A stretch of DNA of 64,000 bases, from positions 46,117-110,116 of IMG/VR virus record IMGVR_UViG_3300036760_000689. One strand, written 5' to 3'. A model generated the notes under the pieces. It ran no database searches and was not told the origin of the DNA. It saw nothing but the letters and a program-made list of their open reading frames with translations. The position numbers and the translations under genes are program-made. This DNA comes from a virus. Below are positions 48,983-56,172 of this stretch, in pieces (position 1 is the stretch's first letter; the number at the start of each line of letters is the position of its first letter).

Positions 48983-50450
48983 TGACCACCTCCTTTCCCA
49001 CAAACGTATCCTTCAGGGTAAGCAACGGCGTTGCGAAGATTTCATCGATCAGACTATATCGATTTGCGCGCATAGTCGTCACCAAGTTAGGCAGACTGTA
49101 GTAATCCACGCCCTTCGTTAGGTCAAACACCTGAATGTCAAGGTTCTCTTCCTTCATCTGTCCCGGCAGGAACCTGTCAGCATGTCCCACCATACTCGCA
49201 TGGCAATGGTAGAAATAGACTGGAATCTGTTTTCCTGTCGCGCTCACGAGTGCCTTATATTGATCTATAAACAAAGGCGGAGTGTTCTCTAGGCCATCAG
49301 ACACAATGGCAATCCCGTCGATTTCCACCTTGCGTTCGACCGCAGCCAACAACCCGCATCCGACCGAAGTCGCCCCGTTAGCATTGACACTCTTGGTTAT
49401 CCCTAGAAGTTCCTCATAGGTTTTCCCCGTCGCATCAATGAATCGCGGCGTGGCATCGAAGAACACCAGGGCCACGGTTCCCGTGACGTACTTTGCCAAG
49501 GTCGCAGCGACATTCCGCGAGATCTCGATCGCGTTCTCCATGGATCCAGACTTGTCTCCAAGCACAAGCCAGTTTCCTTCGATCCCTTTGGAGGCCATGA
49601 TCTGCTTCTCCTGAGTGGCCGCGAGTTTGGCTTTCAGGGCCACATCAGTCTGAGCCTCTGAAGCGCGAGTGGTCTTCAAGGTCGCCTTTTTAGAACTGGC
49701 CACCTTCTCCAACGCCTGTTCATAAGCGGCACGAAGCGCTGGAACGGTCTTCACACCCAGTTTTTCAAGCATCTTGGTATTGGTCACCAGTTCCGTGGGA
49801 GTCATCTGTCCAATCAGAGCCAGGACCAAATCCGACTCCTTGGCCTTCGCTCCGAGGGCACCCATTGCGATCAGGAAAGGGATCTTCCTATAAACAATCA
49901 CCCCTGCGGCCTCTAGCGTACTCATGTTCTTAAGGTTCGCAACCACCTCAAAAACGGACTCGGACGGATACTCTCTCTTGAACAGAACCCGATTCGCGCG
50001 CTCGGATGGCTTCGTATGCGTAAGAGCATACAATTCTTTCAACACTGTCCGATGCTGTAGGGCAATACGGTCCCAGTTACAACTTTCGATCTTTCGCAGA
50101 TATCGTTCTGCCAACCGTTTGATACTCTTCCCGTTTCCGGGCGTTGGGACTTCAAGGGCAAAACGATAGGCTTTGAGGAACTCCCGAGGATTAAGGAGAG
50201 CCAGATGCGCCAAGGCGTTTTCCGCAAATTCCGGCTGAGTAGGAACGGTAAGGGCCACCACCGGCAGCGCGGCCTTGGCATCCCGAATCTGGCCATGATC
50301 CTTATCCCAAGCAATGAGGTGCGCCAGAAACTCTGGTTCTTCCTTTGCGGCCTTCTGACCGACTGGTATGTATTCGACTAATTTACCGTGGGCCGATCGA
50401 GAAAGCTCGGACAAGATCTGGTTCTTGGTGATTCCGATCTCCTGCTTCAT
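48969..50450 (-). CDS. TROVE/Ro60 (Rsr)-like RNA-binding protein with C-terminal vWA domain
   Basis: Helical basic N-terminal 290 aa (EPEFLAHLIAW..G.IRD; QMTPTELVTN); MIDAS DKSGSM, GATS, SDGLEN; adjacent Y-RNA-like elements. Confidence 0.7.
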   Translation of the reverse strand: MKQEIGITKNQILSELSRSAHGKLVEYIPVGQKAAKEEPEFLAHLIAWDKDHGQIRDAKAALPVVALTVPTQPEFAENALAHLALLNPREFLKAYRFALEVPTPGNGKSIKRLAERYLRKIESCNWDRIALQHRTVLKELYALTHTKPSERANRVLFKREYPSESVFEVVANLKNMSTLEAAGVIVYRKIPFLIAMGALGAKAKESDLVLALIGQMTPTELVTNTKMLEKLGVKTVPALRAAYEQALEKVASSKKATLKTTRASEAQTDVALKAKLAATQEKQIMASKGIEGNWLVLGDKSGSMENAIEISRNVAATLAKYVTGTVALVFFDATPRFIDATGKTYEELLGITKSVNANGATSVGCGLLAAVERKVEIDGIAIVSDGLENTPPLFIDQYKALVSATGKQIPVYFYHCHASMVGHADRFLPGQMKEENLDIQVFDLTKGVDYYSLPNLVTTMRANRYSLIDEIFATPLLTLKDTFVGKEVVNAVD

Positions 50451-50725
50451 GACGGTTCCTTTTCCTCTTTGCTGCAGAATTTCAGGACGCCCTCTACAAA
50501 GATTTCATCAAATCCCAAAATGGCATGTACGTCCCTGAAATGGGTTAATTCAACGATCAGGTAGTCCAATAACTGAGAGAATCTCAAAGGAATTGACTCT
50601 CCTGTTTTTACTGTCATGTTGGCTATAATGGCCATGACGGCTCCTTTATCGTGCGATATGCTTTTACGCCCAAGAATTGACGACTGAATCTGGCCAGCCA
50701 GCACCCGCGCTGAGTTGTCAGCCAC
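50447..50725 (-). CDS. Hypothetical protein coupled to the TROVE-like gene
   Basis: ATGA overlap with the TROVE start; own start uncertain. Confidence 0.4.
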   Translation of the reverse strand: MADNSARVLAGQIQSSILGRKSISHDKGAVMAIIANMTVKTGESIPLRFSQLLDYLIVELTHFRDVHAILGFDEIFVEGVLKFCSKEEKEPS

Positions 50726-50728
50726 TCG

Positions 50729-50915
50729 TTACGCGACGCTCCGGCGTTCCACTCGGTTTGGCGATCATCAGGGCAATCATCCTTGGTTAGAGGAACCGAA
50801 ATCTTCTCCCTGAGTCAGCCGACCCTGCGAGGGTTTCCCCCTCCTGCGCTTGATCGACCTCTCCCGTAATTCACTTCTTAGAGGATGGCTGCTTTCAAGC
50901 CTACCTTTCGCACGC
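50729..50915 (-). ncRNA. Structured RNA starting with a 23S rRNA helix-43 (L11-binding) mimic
   Basis: AAGGTAGGCTTGAAAGCAGCCATCCTCTAAGAAG, followed by hand-paired stems GGtCGATCA/TGATCGCC, GAGGG/CCCTC, TCAGGG/CCCTGA and TTACG/CGTAA. Confidence 0.65.
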
Positions 50916-51380
50916 TTACTCGCGAGAAGTCAGTTCGGGAGATATAGGGCTTGCGGTCCTATGTCGCTTTCGCTTCCAAGTCAAGTGACATGTATCCCGT
51001 ACAAGTACCCGCGATATTTGCTGGCGGAGAGTCCATCGCTTCTTTTCTATGGACTTCGCCCTTTTACATGGATCGCATCGGCAGCCCCTTTTATATCTGC
51101 TCCTCGTCCCATGTTTCTCAACTTGGCCATGAACGATGCGATGACAGCTATAACACAGAGGGATGCATTTGGATAATTCTGGTTCCCTTCGTTCATCCCG
51201 CCAAATCCAGATATGATGACTAACCTTCTTGTCCGGATCTGCATGATGACAAACAAGTTTGTCACTGCTACCGCATCTCGTACATTTGCTGTCATACCTG
51301 GAGAACCACCCTTTCCTTCTTTCGGCGACAAGTATCCTTTGCCGTCTGAGTCTGCCTTCAGCATTTAATGGCATTGGCAT
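50916..51380 (-). CDS. HNH endonuclease
   Basis: CTRCG...CHHADPDKK...ELSKCIPLCYSCH...HGTRSRYKRGCRCDPC. True start is probably 51380, because the upstream codons are the tRNA-like RNA. Confidence 0.85.
   Translation of the reverse strand: MPMPLNAEGRLRRQRILVAERRKGWFSRYDSKCTRCGSSDKLVCHHADPDKKVSHHIWIWRDERREPELSKCIPLCYSCHRIVHGQVEKHGTRSRYKRGCRCDPCKRAKSIEKKRWTLRQQISRVLVRDTCHLTWKRKRHRTASPISPELTSRE
50920..51014 (-). ncRNA. Y-RNA-like element with a two-hairpin payload
   Basis: TCGCGGG-tac..CGGGA-TACAT...TCCCG..GACTT-CTCGCGA; same module as 51387-51525. Confidence 0.6.
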
Positions 51381-51386
51381 TTTTAC

Positions 51387-51525
51387 TGGCGTCAAGTCGA
51401 TGAAGGTTTTTGCTGTTAAAACAGATTTTAAATCTGTCGCGTTTGCCATTCCGCCAGTCGCCCGCATGGTGGGCGACCCACGATTCGAACGTGGAAAAAC
51501 ATGTACCCTTTATCCGTAGACGCCA
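51387..51525 (-). ncRNA. Circularly permuted tRNA-Leu(UAA) / YrlA-like Y RNA
   Basis: T arm CCACG-TTCGAAT-CGTGG, then GTCGCCC-ACCA-tgc-GGGCGAC, D arm TGGCGGAATGGCAAACGCG, anticodon arm ACAGA-TT-TAA-AA-TCTGT, all closed by TGGCGTC/GACGCCA. Confidence 0.85.
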
Positions 51526-51530
51526 TTCCC

Positions 51531-51986
51531 TTAGGCTTTCCGATTATTTTCATACCAGTCTCGGTAAACCTTACTCTTGCATTCTGGGTGTTCTCCGAAT
51601 GATTTCGTATCGTCCCTGTTTCTCCAGACGATCAGATTATTAGGATCGTCGTATTTCTTGCATCTTGGGCATTTTAGCCAGTTTGCATTCCCGCATTGCC
51701 GGAATGCTCTTAGCCGACGATGTAGTAACAGGTGGTATCTCTGACTTTCGCAGATCACCAAATCCTTTGATTCCTTCTTGTTTCCATTGCCGTGATGCAC
51801 TACCGCATTGTCCGGCAATGCTCTTCCGAAAGCTGCTACCGCCATCATTACATAAATCGGGACATAACCGCTCGACCTAGCTCGGGGATGACTGGGGTCG
51901 AGAATCGCAGGATACCCATTGCTCACATCTTTACGCCCACCCTTCCAGTTATTATTGTTTTCCCTAGAACAATCGCTCTTTTTCAT
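51531..51986 (-). CDS. HNH endonuclease (HNH_3-like, possibly degenerate)
   Basis: NNNWKGG...HPRA..GYV...VVHHGNGNK..DLVIC. Confidence 0.8.
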   Translation of the reverse strand: MKKSDCSRENNNNWKGGRKDVSNGYPAILDPSHPRARSSGYVPIYVMMAVAAFGRALPDNAVVHHGNGNKKESKDLVICESQRYHLLLHRRLRAFRQCGNANWLKCPRCKKYDDPNNLIVWRNRDDTKSFGEHPECKSKVYRDWYENNRKA

Positions 51987-52531
51987 GCCGGTTTCCTGTT
52001 TCTCAGGTACTCGCAGATCGCATGATAGTCATACCCCTTTCTGAGACACCAACTTTCGGGATGTTCTGATCCTTTATCCTTATTGTCTCTTTTGCAAGAG
52101 GTCAGATAATTCGTAGCGTCGTTCTTGCCCCCAAGCTCCAATGGCACCCAATGATCAATCGTGAGAAGTGCATCGCCCATTTTCGCGCCACAATATACAC
52201 ACTTAAATCCATCCTTTGACCAAATCCGTTGCTGCACCGATCCGGAAATCTCCCACCGTAGTTTCCGCTGGAAGATCTTCGCATTCCCAACCAGAATCTC
52301 CGGATCATCGCTCCGGTGAATGAAATCGCTCCACTCTTCGTCCGTCAGATCGATGAACGTCCAGTCGAGTCCTTTGTAGGCAACGGCGCTCGGCAACAGC
52401 AAAACCGCAGCGGCTCCGCCGCCACTCACCACAAGGCCGCTGATCTTCAGGAGTGATCCGATGTCGCCATACTGCACCGGCCTGTTCCGGAACTCCATCA
52501 GGTAGAAACGATCTCCGCTTGCACCACTCAT
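51983..52531 (-). CDS. HNH nuclease with an atypical N-terminal domain
   Basis: KDGFKCVYCG...LTIDHWVPLELGG...NYLTSCKRDNKDKG; start at 52531 or 52498. Confidence 0.8.
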   Translation of the reverse strand: MSGASGDRFYLMEFRNRPVQYGDIGSLLKISGLVVSGGGAAAVLLLPSAVAYKGLDWTFIDLTDEEWSDFIHRSDDPEILVGNAKIFQRKLRWEISGSVQQRIWSKDGFKCVYCGAKMGDALLTIDHWVPLELGGKNDATNYLTSCKRDNKDKGSEHPESWCLRKGYDYHAICEYLRNRKPA

Positions 52532-52922
52532 CCTCACTAACCCTCCATATGACGGTATGACCAACAATTCCAACGATGTTCTTAACATAATGGAGGGCAT
52601 TGCAAACCCGGCAAAGGACGTTGTATTGGAATCTGCATGCCTCATCCCGAATGATTTTTCTGTAAAGGGCCACGTTCGAATGCATTGCGCGAGCCTCTTT
52701 ATTTCCACCGCCGTTGATGTGATTGATTTCTAGGATCGCAATTACGTCACAATCGCATATGAAGCATCTAGGCCCTCCCAGGACTTTCATAGCCCCAACC
52801 CTGAGTCTTTGTCTTTGAGCCTTCCAATAAGTCCTATTGTAGAGAACGCGGTGGGTTTTCCTATATTCCCTCATGTAAAAACGCTGGTATTTTGTTCTTA
52901 TCTCCTTGTCCTTATTTGCCAT
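52305..52922 (-). CDS. HNH endonuclease (C-terminus runs over the next gene)
   Basis: CFIC...LEINHINGGG...YNVLCRVCN; same subfamily as 4773-5384. Confidence 0.8.
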   Translation of the reverse strand: MANKDKEIRTKYQRFYMREYRKTHRVLYNRTYWKAQRQRLRVGAMKVLGGPRCFICDCDVIAILEINHINGGGNKEARAMHSNVALYRKIIRDEACRFQYNVLCRVCNALHYVKNIVGIVGHTVIWRVSEDEWCKRRSFLPDGVPEQAGAVWRHRITPEDQRPCGEWRRSRCGFAVAERRCLQRTRLDVHRSDGRRVERFHSPER

Positions 52923-52962
52923 GCGCGTTAGGCGAGCCTTCCAAACTGGGGACGGGGGCTGG

Positions 52963-53039
52963 AAATGTGGGGATCACTTTTGAACCAACGACCTCTTGCA
53001 AAGAGTGTGCATGTAACCTCATCAGTGATCCCCATATTT
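52963..53039 (-). ncRNA. Long hairpin RNA with GGTTACAT motif and tRNA-Ala(UGC)-like fragment
   Basis: AAATATGGGGATCAC/GTGATCCCCACATTT stem enclosing GATGAGGTTACAT-GCACACTC-TTTGCAA-GAGGTCGTTGGTTCAA. Confidence 0.55.
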
Positions 53040-53133
53040 GCTCATGTGCGTTCCCCGATTAGCATGACGCTCGGACCATGCCCACGCGCGGGGGGAAGAT
53101 GTCGGGCCGATGAAGGATTTGGGTCGGATTCTG

Positions 53134-53541
53134 TTATTCGATAACTGGGAGCCAACTACCGTCTTCTGTCCTGACGACCTTTTTTGAGCGATTGAGGGCG
53201 GAATACAGGGTAACCAGAGGCTTTTTACCTCCCACCTGATATCCCCGTCCGTTCAATGCTGCTGAGATTTCTGCCGTTTTCATTGCCTGGTCTTTCGACA
53301 TTACTTCCCAAGCTCTATCAGCCAAACTGATCCTCACGTTCCTTAACGATGGCGGTGAAACCAGTCTTGAATTCTCTAACGGTAGCCGATCCTTCGAGGC
53401 GGCCAAAATCTTGGTTGCTTTCTGGATATCGCTCGTAATCCGCCTCACCTGTGATTGTAGTTTTAGGGCCGCTTCAATCGTTTTGCTCAGATCCGAGCGT
53501 TTATCCTTCAGCAACTCGATTACGTTATCTAAGGTCTGCAT
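53134..53541 (-). CDS. Coiled-coil plus winged-helix DNA-binding protein
   Basis: AMKTAEISAALNGRG...TLYSALNRS...GSW. Confidence 0.65.
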   Translation of the reverse strand: MQTLDNVIELLKDKRSDLSKTIEAALKLQSQVRRITSDIQKATKILAASKDRLPLENSRLVSPPSLRNVRISLADRAWEVMSKDQAMKTAEISAALNGRGYQVGGKKPLVTLYSALNRSKKVVRTEDGSWLPVIE

Positions 53542-53558
53542 GACAACTCCCGATTGTC

Positions 53559-53587
53559 TTTTTACAACGATTAGAATTTCATGTCAA
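53559..53587 (-). promoter_or_regulatory. Sigma70-like promoter upstream of the wHTH/RNA/TROVE block
   Basis: TTGACA-17 nt-TAAAAA. Confidence 0.4.
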
Positions 53588-53601
53588 CAAGAATCTTGCG
53601 C

Positions 53602-53925
53602 CTATTCGTTTTTTCTTGGTCTGCCTCGTCTTCCTGGGTGCTTCGCGGCCTTCAGCGTCTTCCAATAATAATCAAAGGCCCGTTCTTTTTTGCAGGTCCG
53701 GCATACCCTGATTTTGTACTTTCCGCGCATGTAAGAACCAACATTATCACCATCATAGGGATGACCCTTGGGGCAGGATCTTTTTTCCGCGTTCGGCAAA
53801 TTTCCTTTATACCCTCGATTCTTTCGCCTGCATGTCAGGCATTGCCCATCACGGGTCATATTCTTTCGTATCAGCCGATGACCGTGGCAACAGGTTCTAC
53901 GTTCTTGTTTCTTTGTCAATGGCAT
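53602..53925 (-). CDS. HNH-associated Zn-finger repeat protein (no catalytic HNH seen)
   Basis: CCHGH..CLTC; CPKGHPY..CRTC. Confidence 0.65.
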   Translation of the reverse strand: MPLTKKQERRTCCHGHRLIRKNMTRDGQCLTCRRKNRGYKGNLPNAEKRSCPKGHPYDGDNVGSYMRGKYKIRVCRTCKKERAFDYYWKTLKAAKHPGRRGRPRKNE

Positions 53926-54118
53926 TTATTTTCTCGACGGAATCGATGATGATGATCAACTCATTTTCCTGTCCTACGGTAATCCTCACACCCCTGTCGC
54001 TGTACTGCCTGATCATCTGCAATTGCGACTTGTTCAAGGGGCTGGTCGGAACCAAATGGATCTCCGCCAGTTTTTCTTCCAACTTGAAAATCACTTGCAT
54101 ATTTGTTCTAACTCCCAT
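53897..54118 (-). CDS. Hypothetical protein
   Basis: ORF in operon context. Confidence 0.4.
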   Translation of the reverse strand: MGVRTNMQVIFKLEEKLAEIHLVPTSPLNKSQLQMIRQYSDRGVRITVGQENELIIIIDSVEKINAIDKETRT

Positions 54119-54130
54119 ACGTGTGCGTGA

Positions 54131-54478
54131 CTATGTCGGTTCGCCTCGAGAATCTGGAACATTATCGTAGGCATCGATAATGTCCCTTAATCGCGCCAAA
54201 AGCATTCCCCGGATCTCTTGCTTTCGGACTGCCTTTGTGGCTTGGGTTACATATTGGTCTACCTCTTCGAGGCGGCTGCCGATTGCGATATTAAGATTGC
54301 AGGATGCAGAAAAACACATGCCGACTGTCCCTGGGTAGGATGCAAATAATATCCTTCCATCCGGGAGAAACATAAACCATTGAGCTACTAGGCATAGTCG
54401 GTCGGGCGTTGACTTCCAGCCCGTCCAATAGAGTCGGTAGCCCTTGTATGTGATTCCAATCGCCTGATCACGTTTCAT
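54131..54478 (-). CDS. Hypothetical protein
   Basis: ATGA coupling with the upstream gene. Confidence 0.5.
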   Translation of the reverse strand: MKRDQAIGITYKGYRLYWTGWKSTPDRLCLVAQWFMFLPDGRILFASYPGTVGMCFSASCNLNIAIGSRLEEVDQYVTQATKAVRKQEIRGMLLARLRDIIDAYDNVPDSRGEPT

Positions 54479-55353
54479 GCCGCTCTCAATTGATGCTTGT
54501 TTGCCACCCTTTCAAGGGTAACCTCGTCAAATTTGCAAAGAAGGATGTGGGCCGCGACCTGATCGCCTTCAACATATCTCCAGTGGCTTTCCGGATGGAT
54601 GCAGAGCGACAATGTTGTTTCGACCCAAATATCCTTTTCCAGTTTGACGATTCCGATCCGTCTCCCTTTCCGAACGCGGTACATCATGTCTGGAGTCTTC
54701 TTACTCGGAATATCGATAAAACCATTCCCCATGAATTTAGCATATTCGTCGCTTCCCAGAATGTCCTCAAGAAGTCTCTCGCCTTTGCTTACTGCAACGG
54801 CCTTCACCTTGGCGGCAGTTCTGCATCTGGCGGCTTCGGCCAAACAATCCTCTTCCATCCCCTGATTGAGGACCGCGATATTTGCTCGTGAAACTTGCGG
54901 GATGGATTCAACGGCAGAATAAGTAAATCGAATTCCCTTGAGGTCCTGGTTCAGGCCATTGATGATTCCCTGATAGAATGGGATACCGCCTTCTAGAATA
55001 ATCTGGTTAAGTTGTTGCGTGTATAGGTTTCCGATCATTTGCATCCGTTCCTCATAGTATCGGTCGGCCGGATACGAATAATCTCCGAGGTCGTTCGTTG
55101 TGATTTCATATCCATAGGTACTCAACGGATAAGAATCGAATTGGACGGTCCCCGTTGTACCGCCAGCGAGACCATGGTCAATGCCCCAATTCTCACCGCC
55201 AACGTCTATCGATCCTGTGTCTCCAAAGGCAAAAGTCGTAAATGTCGGATATCTTATGGTCGGATATAAGGGATAGATTACCATCCTAATCCTCTTCGTG
55301 CGATCGCAAGGATTTATTACGGTTTTCACCAACGATTTGTAGGGACCCACCAC
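54475..55353 (-). CDS. Hypothetical phage protein
   Basis: 292 aa; C-terminal LCIHP...GDQVAAHILL...ERVAN motif. Confidence 0.55.
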   Translation of the reverse strand: MVGPYKSLVKTVINPCDRTKRIRMVIYPLYPTIRYPTFTTFAFGDTGSIDVGGENWGIDHGLAGGTTGTVQFDSYPLSTYGYEITTNDLGDYSYPADRYYEERMQMIGNLYTQQLNQIILEGGIPFYQGIINGLNQDLKGIRFTYSAVESIPQVSRANIAVLNQGMEEDCLAEAARCRTAAKVKAVAVSKGERLLEDILGSDEYAKFMGNGFIDIPSKKTPDMMYRVRKGRRIGIVKLEKDIWVETTLSLCIHPESHWRYVEGDQVAAHILLCKFDEVTLERVANKHQLRAA

Positions 55354-55355
55354 GG

Positions 55356-55610
55356 TTATCCGCCGGCCACCATCGGCATTCCGACGATTCTCTCTGCGTA
55401 GGGATCGAAAACATAGAGGCGTTCTCCTTTGGTACCGCCTTTGTTCATCCTGTAGAAAAGCATGTTATCTTTCAACGCCTTCTTGAAAGCTTCCTCCGCG
55501 GCCGCAACTTGTTTGGCATCTGTGCTGTCCCACTCCATTTTCAGATCACCAGATTCCGGATCCATGATTCTCATCTCGCACTTTTCGTTAATTTTGGTGG
55601 TTTCTTGCAT
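55356..55610 (-). CDS. Hypothetical phage protein
   Basis: GAGGAG Shine-Dalgarno; GDLKMEWD...FDPYAERIVGMPMVAGG. Confidence 0.6.
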   Translation of the reverse strand: MQETTKINEKCEMRIMDPESGDLKMEWDSTDAKQVAAAEEAFKKALKDNMLFYRMNKGGTKGERLYVFDPYAERIVGMPMVAGG

Positions 55611-55675
55611 TTCGGCTTCTCCTCGATTTTTTCATTGTGCCACAGTTTGACTGCGTTTGTCTACTGAACTTATTT

Positions 55676-55945
55676 CTACTTGATAATATCGTCCTCGAAC
55701 CAACAACAAATGAAAAAGGAGAACCCAACAGTCAAAGAGGCTGACAGATTGTACAGACGAAACCCCGGATCATGTGGGACGCAATCGCTGAGTGACGGAT
55801 TATAAAACCTAAGACGCACAGGAATCATGTCTCTGATCTCGATCCATTTGGAGCGAGGCACCATCAAACATAATTGCCCGTTTACCATCCTTAATTCTTC
55901 GGTCGCCTCAGTTGCTTTGATCCATATATCCCTTGCTGTTGCCAC
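55676..55945 (-). CDS. Hypothetical protein
   Basis: ORF in operon context. Confidence 0.35.
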   Translation of the reverse strand: MATARDIWIKATEATEELRMVNGQLCLMVPRSKWIEIRDMIPVRLRFYNPSLSDCVPHDPGFRLYNLSASLTVGFSFFICCWFEDDIIK

Positions 55946-55968
55946 AAATCACCAGGTTGGAATTATTT

Positions 55969-56172
55969 CTACGTACTCCCCGACAGGGAAACGTTTTTCA
56001 CCACAAGAACTCGCGCCAGATCCCTGTTATCGACAAGGGCCGTCGCGCCGATGGCATGAAAGTAGTACCGATTCCCTGTCACGCTGCCAAAAGTTTGGAA
56101 CGGTTTCCGGCCCAGATAGACTACGCGCGTTTTCTCTTTCTCATCCTTCCTTTTGTCCCCGCAACAACCCAT
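55969..56172 (-). CDS. Small protein (MGCCG start)
   Basis: GAGG Shine-Dalgarno; GSVTGNRYYF; follows the DUF1360-like gene. Confidence 0.55.
   Translation of the reverse strand: MGCCGDKRKDEKEKTRVVYLGRKPFQTFGSVTGNRYYFHAIGATALVDNRDLARVLVVKNVSLSGST

Noticed and set aside
50729-50915. A genuine 23S rRNA gene or fragment, or a sarcin-ricin loop copy
   Set aside because: Similarity is limited to about 35 nt; the SRL-like words (TACGGGAGAGG, AGGACCG) are too short and mismatched to support.
51381-51467. N-terminal 29 codons of the 183-aa HNH ORF
   Set aside because: They translate the tRNA-like RNA (GGMANATDLKS is the D/anticodon arm); the real start is probably 51380.
51387-51525. Two-piece (permuted) tmRNA
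   Set aside because: No G3.U70 alanine determinant, an intact Leu anticodon arm is present, and no tag reading frame was seen.
52975-53030. Hammerhead ribozyme suggested by CTGATGAG
   Set aside because: No GAAA/stem III/NUH arrangement follows; the segment fits the shared GGNTACAT module better.
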